Under the pieces are notes generated by a model that was not told the origin of the DNA, did not search any database, and was given only the letters and a program-made list of their open reading frames with translations. Positions 55,169 to 64,000 of a DNA stretch of 64,000 bases are shown piece by piece (the stretch's first letter is position 1; every line of letters starts with the position of its first letter). Position numbers and translations under genes: made by a program. This DNA is from Alphaproteobacteria bacterium (GTDB taxonomy: Bacteria; Pseudomonadota; Alphaproteobacteria; SHVV01). Location: the NCBI GenBank assembly GCA_965261735.1, contig OZ253470.1:3136001-3200000 (forward strand), given 5' to 3'.

Positions 55169-56095
55169 CTAGGCCGCCATCAGCGCGGCCACATGGGCGG
55201 CGGCGCACCGCCCGAGCGCGGCCATGTCGTAGCCGCCCTCGAGCGTCGCGACCACGCGCCCCCGACCATGACGCTGGGCAACGCCGCATAGTTCTTCGGT
55301 CACCCAGGCGTAGTCGGCGTCAGCCAGCCGGAGCCCGCCGAGGGGATCGTCGGCGTGGGCGTCGAAGCCCGCCGATATGAGCAGGAAGTCGGGTGCGAAG
55401 CGGTCGAGCGCCGGCAGGATGCGCTCGCGCATCGCGCCGCGAAACTCGGCCGAGCCGGCGCCCGCCGCCAGCGGGACGTTGACGAGGTTGCCGAGGCCGA
55501 TTTCGTCGGCGCCACCGGTGCCGGGGTAGAACGGCCACTGATGGGTCGAGGCAAAGAACAGCTCGGGATCGGCGGCGAACGTCGCCTGTGTGCCATTGCC
55601 GTGATGAACATCGAAATCGACCACAGCAACCCTGCGGCACCCGCCTCGCTCGCGCGCAAAGAGCGCGCCGATGGCGACGTTGTTGAACAGGCAGAAGCCC
55701 ATGGCGCGGCCTTGCTCGGCGTGGTGCCCGGGCGGGCGTACCGCGCAGAACGCGTTCGCCGCCTCGCCAGCGATCACCGCCTCGACGGCCGCAATAAGGG
55801 CGCCGGCCGCCCTAAGCGCCGCCTCGCCCGAGCCCGGGGAGAGCGCCGTGTCGGGGTCGAGGAAGGCGCGCCCGTTGTTGGGGACCGCCGCGAGGACCGC
55901 ATCGACATAGTCGCGATCGTGAACGCGCGCGATGTCCTCGAGCGCGGCCAGAGGAGCTTCGCGCCGCGCCAGATCCGCGAACCCGGGCCCCGATAGCGCA
56001 TCGAGCACCGCGCTCACGCGGGCCGGAGTCTCCGGATGATTCGAGCCCGGCCGATGGTCGAGACAAGCCGGGTGCGTGTAGAGCAGCGTCGCCAC
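55169..56095 (-). CDS. histone deacetylase family protein
   Basis: RPPGHHA, GFCLFNN, DFDVHHGNGTQ, SAGFDAH, LEGGY. Confidence 0.94.
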   Translation of the reverse strand: MATLLYTHPACLDHRPGSNHPETPARVSAVLDALSGPGFADLARREAPLAALEDIARVHDRDYVDAVLAAVPNNGRAFLDPDTALSPGSGEAALRAAGALIAAVEAVIAGEAANAFCAVRPPGHHAEQGRAMGFCLFNNVAIGALFARERGGCRRVAVVDFDVHHGNGTQATFAADPELFFASTHQWPFYPGTGGADEIGLGNLVNVPLAAGAGSAEFRGAMRERILPALDRFAPDFLLISAGFDAHADDPLGGLRLADADYAWVTEELCGVAQRHGRGRVVATLEGGYDMAALGRCAAAHVAALMAA

Positions 56096-56217
56096 GATTG
56101 CCCCGCGGGTGACGGCAAAGTGATGGCGTACTCTCCCGTGGCCATTAGGAAAATGCTAGCCTTTGTTGTCCGACGATGGGTTTGAGAGGCCGACGTGTTG
56201 CGAGGTTTGCGGCGACG

Positions 56218-57306
56218 ATGAGGGTCTGGTCGCAGTTTGCCGTGGTCGCCGTGCTAGCGCTCGCGGGTGGGACCGCGTGGTACTACGCGGGCCCGGGAGC
56301 GGATGACAGTCAGGCAACGCGAGGGCCCGGCGCGGGGCGCGGACGCGCGGTTACCGTCGAGGTCGTCCCGGCGCGGCGCGGCACCGTCACACTCTCCGTC
56401 GAGGCGGTGGGCACCGCACGTGCCAACGAGGCGGTAACGATTACGCCCAAAATGGCCGCGATCGTCGAACGTATCGGCTTTACCGAGGGACAGTGGGTGG
56501 TTGCGGGCGACGTGCTCGTTGAGCTCGACGCCAACGAGCTCAAAGCCAACCTCGAGGAGAAGCGCGCGGTCCGCGACGAGGCCCGCAAGCTCTACGACCG
56601 CGCACGCTCCCTGCTCAAGAACCGCAATGTCTCGCAGTCGCGGGTGGACACGCTCTTCGCCGCACTCCAGGCGACCGAGGCGCGTGTCCGCGCCGACGAG
56701 GCGCGGCTCGGCGAATACGTCATTCGCGCGCCTTTCGCCGGTCGCCTCGGGCTGCGGCGCGTGAGCGTCGGCGCGCTCGTCACCCCGGGCACCATGATCA
56801 CCACGCTCGATGATACCTCGCGCATCAAGGTCGACTTCCGCGTCCCCGCGACCGCGCTCGCTCACGTGCGACCCGGCCTCGCCATCGAGGCGCGGAGCGC
56901 CTCGTATCCCGACCGCGCCTTCGCCGGCGAGGTCGTCACCATCGATTCGCGCATCGACCCGGTGACACGGGCGATCGAGCTCAGGGCGCACTTTGCCAAC
57001 GCCGACGGCCGGCTCAAGCCGGGCATGTTCCTGATCGCGGCTCTGTCCTTGGCGACGCGCGACGACGCGGTGCTGATCCCCGAGGAGGGCGTGGTCGCGA
57101 GCGGCAACGATCATTTCGTGTTCACGGTCGTCGACGGAAAGGCTGTGAAGAAGAGCGTCACGCTCGGCCAACGCCTCGAGGGCGAGGTCGAAGTGCTGGC
57201 CGGCCTCATTGCCGGCGATACGGTCGTTCGCGGCGGCATCCAGAAGGTGCGGGACGGCGTCGCGGTCAACCCCGCCGGGGGCAACCAGGCGGCCGGCGCC
57301 GGCTAG
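56218..57306 (+). CDS. RND efflux periplasmic adaptor subunit
   Basis: IRAPFAG, IDSRIDPVTR, LKPGMF. Confidence 0.92.
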   Translation: MRVWSQFAVVAVLALAGGTAWYYAGPGADDSQATRGPGAGRGRAVTVEVVPARRGTVTLSVEAVGTARANEAVTITPKMAAIVERIGFTEGQWVVAGDVLVELDANELKANLEEKRAVRDEARKLYDRARSLLKNRNVSQSRVDTLFAALQATEARVRADEARLGEYVIRAPFAGRLGLRRVSVGALVTPGTMITTLDDTSRIKVDFRVPATALAHVRPGLAIEARSASYPDRAFAGEVVTIDSRIDPVTRAIELRAHFANADGRLKPGMFLIAALSLATRDDAVLIPEEGVVASGNDHFVFTVVDGKAVKKSVTLGQRLEGEVEVLAGLIAGDTVVRGGIQKVRDGVAVNPAGGNQAAGAG

Positions 57307-57344
57307 TTCCTGGTTGCAAGGGAAGAAAGTGACTCATTATTGGT

Positions 57345-57440
57345 CCCCCTCCCCCTACCCCCTCCCACCAGGGGAGGGGAATGGTGCGATGTCCCAGTTC
57401 TTGGCCCTCCCCCTTGATGGGGGAGGGTCGGGTGGGGGTG
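57345..57440. repeat. REP-like composite palindrome, same family as 10038-10260
   Basis: Two opposed CCCTCC..GGAGGG hairpins; 27 bp identity with 10045-10071. Confidence 0.8.
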
Positions 57441-57477
57441 ACGCGCGGACTTACGCAAGCAAGTACTAGCGCGGCCC

Positions 57478-60343
57478 ATGGTCCTCTCCGACGTCTCGAT
57501 CAAGCGTCCCGTCCTGGCGACGGTGATGAGCGCCGTGCTCGTGATTTTCGGCGCCTTCGCTTACGACAAGCTGCCGGTGCGCGAATACCCCGATATCGAC
57601 GCCCCCATCGTATCCGTCAGCACCGCCTATCGCGGTGCCTCGGCGCAGATCATCGAGACCCAAGTCACGCAGATTATCGAGGAGGCGGTCGCCGGCATCG
57701 AGGGCATCAGGCGCATCCGTTCGACCAGCCGCGAGGAATCCTCGAGCATCAGCATCGAATTTCGGCTCTCGCGCAACATCGAGAGCGCGTCCAACGACGT
57801 TCGCGATCGTGTCGCGCGATCGGTGCGACGGCTACCGAGCGCGGCCGATGCGCCGCGCATCGCCAAGGTCGAAGCCGATGCACGTCCCGTCATCTGGCTG
57901 ACCCTGTCGAGCGATCGGGTGAGCCCGTTGGAACTCAGCGACTACGCCAACCGGTTCCTTGTCGACTCGTTCTCGACCGCGCCCGGCGTCGCCTCGGTGC
58001 GCCTCTACGGCGAGCGCCGCTACGCGATGCGCGTGTGGCTCACCAAGGCGGCCTTGGCCGCCCGCGGCCTCACGGTTCAGGACGTCGAGGCCGCCATCCG
58101 CCGGCAAAACGTGGAGTTGCCCTCGGGCCGTATCGAATCGCGCGAGCGCGAGTTCGCGGTGCGTACCGCTTCGGCCCTCGAGACGCCCGAGGAGTTCGCC
58201 GCCATCGTCGTCAAGCGCGAGGGCGACTACCTGGTCCGCCTCGGCGAGGTCGCCCGCATCGAGCTTGCGGCCGCCGACGAGCGCAGCGAGTTTCGCACCA
58301 ACGGCCAGGGCACGGTCGGCATCGGCGTCATCAAGCAATCCAAGTCCAACACCCTCGAGGTCGCCAACGGACCCTGCTGGCGCTGGTTCTCGTCATCGGC
58401 CTCGTCGTCGACGACGCTATCGTGGTCGTCGAGAACGTCCACCGCCACATCGAGCAAGGACTACCGCCGCTGCTCGCGAGCCTGCGCGGCGCCCGCCAGA
58501 TCGGCTTTGCGGTCATCGCCACCACGCTCACGCTCGTCGCTGTGTTCGTGCCCATCTCATTCATGGAGGGCAACGCCGGCCGGCTGTTCCGCGAGTTCGG
58601 GGTATCGGTCGCCGTGGCGGTCTTGTTCTCGGCCTTCGTCGCGTTGTCGCTGACGCCGATGATGTGCTCGAAGCTGCTGCGCGAGGCCAGTGGCGAGGGG
58701 GCGCTGCATCGCTTCACCGAGCCCGCCTTTGAGGGCCTGCATCGGCTCTACCGGTTTCTCCTCGTGCGCGCCCTCGGTGCACCGATCGTCATCGTGGCAG
58801 CGACGCTGGCGATATCGGGCACCGCCTACGTGCTGTTCGCGGCGCTACCCCAGGAGCTCGCGCCGACCGAGGATCGCGGCGTCATCTTCATCCCTGTGTC
58901 GGCCCCGGAGGGCTCGAGCCTCGCCTATACGCGCCGCCAGGTCGCGCGCATCGAGGCCGAACTCCAGCCGCTGCTCGACGAGGGCGTGGCGCGCAGCGTC
59001 CTTAGCATTGTCGCGCCCGGTTTCGGCCGGCCCGGCAACGTGGGTTTCGCGTTCATGATCGTGCGCCTCAAGGATTGGAAGGAGCGCGAGATCGCCCAGC
59101 AGGAGAGGAGGTCACCCGGCGCATCTTCCCCAAGCTGCTGGCGGTGCCCGGCGTCCGCGCCTTCGCGGTCAATCCGGCGAGCCTCGGGCAGCGTGGCTCT
59201 TCCTCGCCGGTGCAGCTCATTCTTGGCGGTCCGAGCTACCCGATCCTGAACTCCTGGGCCGAGCGCCTGACCGCGCGCGGGCGCGAGACCCCCCGTCTCC
59301 TTAACGTCAACGCGAGCTACGACGAGACCCGGCCCGAGCTCCGGGTCACAATCGACCGCAATCGCGCGGCCGACCTCGGGGTTTCGATCGAGGGCCTGGG
59401 ACAGACACTAGAGACGATGTTGGGCTCGCGCCGCGTCACCACCTTCGAGCGCGACGGTGAGCAATATGACGTGATCCTGCGTGCGCGGCCCGAGGACCGG
59501 GCAACCCCGGACGACATCTCCAACATCTATGTGCGCTCGACCACCAGCGGCCGGCTCATCCCGCTCGCCAACCTGGTCTCGTTTCGCGAGGCGGCCAGTG
59601 CGCGCGAACTCACCCGCGTCGACCGGCTGCGCGCGGTCACGGTCTCGGCCTCGCTCGGACCCGGCGCCACGCTCGCGGAGGCGCTCGCCGATATCGAGCG
59701 CATCGCGGCCGACGAGCTGCCGCCCGAGGCGCGCCTCTCCTACGGTGGCCAGTCGCGCGAGTTCCGGGAGTCGAGCTCGCTGCTCTACTTCACCTTCGGC
59801 CTCGCGCTGGTGATCGTGTTTCTCGTCCTCGCCGCCCAGTTCGAGAGCTTCATCCATCCACTCGTCATCATGCTGTCGGTGCCGCTGGCGCTGACCGGCG
59901 CGCTCGGTGCCATGCGCCTTACGGGCCTTAGCATCAACGTGTACACCCAGATCGGCATGATCATGCTGATCGGGTTGGTCGCCAAGAACGGCATCCTCAT
60001 CGTCGAGTTCGCGAACCAGCTGCGCGACGCGGGCCAGGACATCCGCTCCGCTGTCGAGGATGCGGCAGTCACGCGCCTGAGGCCGATTCTCATGACCACC
60101 ATCGCGACCGCGCTCGGCGCGCTGCCGCTGGCGCTGTCGTCGGGCGCCGGCGCCGAGTCGCGCCAAGCCCTCGGCATCGTCATCATCGGCGGCGTGAGCT
60201 TCGCGACGATCCTGTCTCTGTTCGTGGTGCCGGTGCTCTACTTCCTGCTCGCCCGCTTCACCCGGCCCACCGGCTATATCGCGCGCAGCCTCTCGGCGCT
60301 CGAGAGTACCCACCGCCAACCCGCCGCCCATCCGGCGGAGTGA
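57478..60343 (+). pseudogene. RND efflux permease (AcrB family) with internal deletion and frameshift
   Basis: SIKRPV..NTLEVAN jumps at ~58370 to TLLALVLVIGLVVDDAIVV in another frame; aggag duplicated at 59101-59110; AKNGILIVEFA, RLRPILMT. Confidence 0.88.
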
Positions 60344-60362
60344 GCAGGGTCGTCCATTCCGC

Positions 60363-60920
60363 TTAGGGGGTTCCGCGAATAAGCGCGTTCGACGGCACGC
60401 TGTTGTCGATCGCTTTGCGGGCGCTCTCGACGCCGGCGACCGGCAGGCCGTCGGGATCGAGCAAGCCGAGCTGGACGAGGACGGAAGCCTGGTCCCAGTA
60501 GATGTGCTCGTGCGCGAGCTTGCCGTCACGAAAGCGCACGACCACCACCACCGCGACCTCGACCCGCTTTCCGGTCGGCGCGACGCCGGGGAGCATCCAA
60601 TCCAGCTCGGTGTCGTGCGTGAATTTGAACAGCATCTCATCGACCAATTGATTGTCACCGACGGTGCGCGAGATTTGGATCGACTCCCGGTCGGTCGGCA
60701 TCTTCGGTATGAAATGCTCGGAATAGAATTCGCGGAGCTGCTGGTGGCCGACGCCCCCAGTTAAGACGGGAATGTGGTTGACGTACGCATCCGCGACCAT
60801 CGTCCGAAGGGTATCCTCGGTATCACGAGTCTCGAACTCATACTTGATGTGCTCGTCCCAGAGTTCGACCAGGGCCTGCTGCGCGGGCGTGAGATTCTCG
60901 TCTCCCGTGGTATAGGTCAC
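60363..60920 (-). CDS. SnoaL-like / ester cyclase family protein
   Basis: WDEHIKYEF, YVNHIPVLTGGVG, HEHIYWDQASVLVQ. Confidence 0.88.
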   Translation of the reverse strand: MTYTTGDENLTPAQQALVELWDEHIKYEFETRDTEDTLRTMVADAYVNHIPVLTGGVGHQQLREFYSEHFIPKMPTDRESIQISRTVGDNQLVDEMLFKFTHDTELDWMLPGVAPTGKRVEVAVVVVVRFRDGKLAHEHIYWDQASVLVQLGLLDPDGLPVAGVESARKAIDNSVPSNALIRGTP

Positions 60921-60940
60921 GTGGTTTCTCCCCTGGGCGG

Positions 60941-62632
60941 CTAGCCTCCCGCGCTCTCGCGCTTGGCTCGCTCCTCGGCCTTGAGCTCCTTCTTCGAGAG
61001 CTTGCCGACCATGGTCTTGGGGAGCGTATCGCGGAACTCGATGTAGCGTGGCAGCTCGTGGCGCCCGAGCTTGTCGCCCAAGAATTCGCTGAGCTCCTCG
61101 GCCGTCAGCGTGTGCTCGGCCTTGAGCTTGACGAAGGCTTTGACGCTCTCGCCCTGATAGTCGTCGGCAACGCCGATGACGGTCACCTCCTCGACCGCCG
61201 GGTGGCGGTAGATCGCCTCCTCGACGTTGCGCGGATAGACGTTGAAGCCACCGACCAGAATCAGGTCCTTCATGCGGTCGATGATGAAAGTGTAGCCGTC
61301 CTCGTCGGTGTAGCCGACGTCGCCGGTGCGCAGCCGACCCTCGACCATGGTCTCGGCGGTCGCATCCGGGCGCCCCCAATAGCCGGCCATGACCTGCGGA
61401 CCCGAGATGCAGATCTCACCCGTCTCGCCCTGCGCCAGCACGTTGAGCGGGTCCTCCTTGTCCGTAACAGTGATGGTAGTGCCGGGAACCGGGAGCCCAA
61501 TCGAACCTTCCTTGTTGAGGCCGAACATGGGATTGCAGCAGGCCACCGGCGCGCTTTCGGTGAGCCCGTAACCTTCGAACAGCTGGCACCCCGACAGGTT
61601 TTCGAAGCGCTGCTTGATCTCGAGCGGCAGCGGCGCACCGCCCGATATACACGCCTTGATCGAGGTCAGGTCGTACTTGGCGAGATCGGGGTGGTTGAGG
61701 ATAGCGGCGAACATGGTTGGTACGCCCGGCATCAGGGTCGGCTTCTTGCGCGAGATGTCCTTCATCACCGGCTCGAGCTCGAAGCGCGGATGCATGATGA
61801 TCTCGGCGCCGATGGAGATCGACAGGTTCATGACCGAGGTCATGGCAAAGACGTGGAAGAACGGCAGCACACCCATCATGCGCTCGCGGCCGGGCTCGAC
61901 GGTGGTGAACCACAGCTTGGCCTGTATGGCGTTGGCGTAAAGGTTGGCGTGGCTGAGCATGGCGCCCTTGGCGACGCCGGTCGTGCCTCCGGTGTATTGC
62001 AGCACCGCGACGTCCTTGTTCGGATCTATTTCGACCGGCCGGAAGGCGCCCTCGTTGGCGAGCAGCTCGCGGAACGAGACGTGCTCGCGGTCGTTGGGCA
62101 CGGTCGCGATGTCGCCGCGCTTGACCAGCGGGAAGAGCCAGTTCTTGGGGAACGGGAGCGCCTCCTGCAGGGTACCGACCACGAGCTTGTCGACGCGGCT
62201 CTTCTTCAGCATCGAGGCCATCTTGGGGTAGAGCGCCTGCAGGCTCAGCGTGACCATGATGTCGGTCTGCGAGTCCTCGATCTGGTGGAGGAGTTCCTCC
62301 TCGTCGTAGAGCGGGCTGTAGTTCACCACCGTACCGCCGGCCTTGAGGATGCCGTAATAGGCGACGATGTATTGCGGGCAGTTGGGCAGAAACAGCCCGA
62401 CCTTGATCCCCTTGTCGACGCCGAGTCCCTGAAAGCCCGCCGCGGCACGGCCGACCTGCCCCGCGATCTCGGTATAGGTGTACTTGCAGCCCAGGAAGTC
62501 GACGAATGCGTTGTTGGGAAACTGGGCGACCGTATCGTCGAGCAGCGCATCGAGCCTCTTGGTCGGGATCTCCTGATCCCAACGCACCTCGTTGGGGTAA
62601 CTCTTGAGCCACGGGTGATCTGTCACGGCCAT
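60941..62632 (-). CDS. long-chain fatty acid--CoA ligase (FadD-like)
   Basis: QYTGGTTGVAKG, EGYGLTE, TGDVG, DRMKD, LPKTMVGK. Confidence 0.93.
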   Translation of the reverse strand: MAVTDHPWLKSYPNEVRWDQEIPTKRLDALLDDTVAQFPNNAFVDFLGCKYTYTEIAGQVGRAAAGFQGLGVDKGIKVGLFLPNCPQYIVAYYGILKAGGTVVNYSPLYDEEELLHQIEDSQTDIMVTLSLQALYPKMASMLKKSRVDKLVVGTLQEALPFPKNWLFPLVKRGDIATVPNDREHVSFRELLANEGAFRPVEIDPNKDVAVLQYTGGTTGVAKGAMLSHANLYANAIQAKLWFTTVEPGRERMMGVLPFFHVFAMTSVMNLSISIGAEIIMHPRFELEPVMKDISRKKPTLMPGVPTMFAAILNHPDLAKYDLTSIKACISGGAPLPLEIKQRFENLSGCQLFEGYGLTESAPVACCNPMFGLNKEGSIGLPVPGTTITVTDKEDPLNVLAQGETGEICISGPQVMAGYWGRPDATAETMVEGRLRTGDVGYTDEDGYTFIIDRMKDLILVGGFNVYPRNVEEAIYRHPAVEEVTVIGVADDYQGESVKAFVKLKAEHTLTAEELSEFLGDKLGRHELPRYIEFRDTLPKTMVGKLSKKELKAEERAKRESAGG

Positions 62633-62765
62633 ACCCCCTCACCTCACCGGGTGCCGCATCGGCGCGGCACCGCTCGCGGGCAAATGCTACCCCCAATCGG
62701 GCGTGGGCGCCACGGCACCGCGGCGTGCGAGGGTCGGGGCGCGTCGCCGGCGTGGCGCCGCGCCC

Positions 62766-64000
<1,235 letters not shown>

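Noticed and set aside
55169-56095. Histone deacetylase as a eukaryote-like gene
   Set aside because: Common bacterial family; this position upstream of xseB-ispA-dxs is ordinary in alphaproteobacteria

Overview
High-GC alphaproteobacterial (Rhodospirillales-like) chromosomal window. Core genes include LPS glycosyltransferases, ygfZ, tag, ppdK, glyQS, nhaD, tRNA-Pro(CGG), ispB, pdxH, fabI, aroC, tlyA, dxs, ispA, xseB, an RND pump and acyl-CoA enzymes. They are overlaid by recent IS activity: one IS110/IS1111, three IS1595 copies, an IS3 nested in one of them, an IS5 remnant and a passenger-carrying IS1-family element, plus many pseudogenes. Main observations: (1) the IS1111 3' non-coding region carries guide-like matches to both its own circle junction and its actual insertion site (bridge/seekRNA architecture); (2) the 2.0 kb IS1-family element carries a highly structured non-coding segment, a HARE-HTH-like protein and a small basic KGG-motif protein; (3) swapped target duplications indicate a ~13.9 kb inversion between two IS1595 copies that splits a DHFR-like gene and a USP gene; (4) the third IS1595 appears flipped in place inside its own target duplication; (5) glyS is an in-frame mosaic of high- and low-GC patches; (6) there is an orphan DnaA-box/CtrA-box cluster. 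No CRISPR array or rRNA was seen. Coordinates and alignments were done by eye, and family assignments come from recalled motifs, not database searches.
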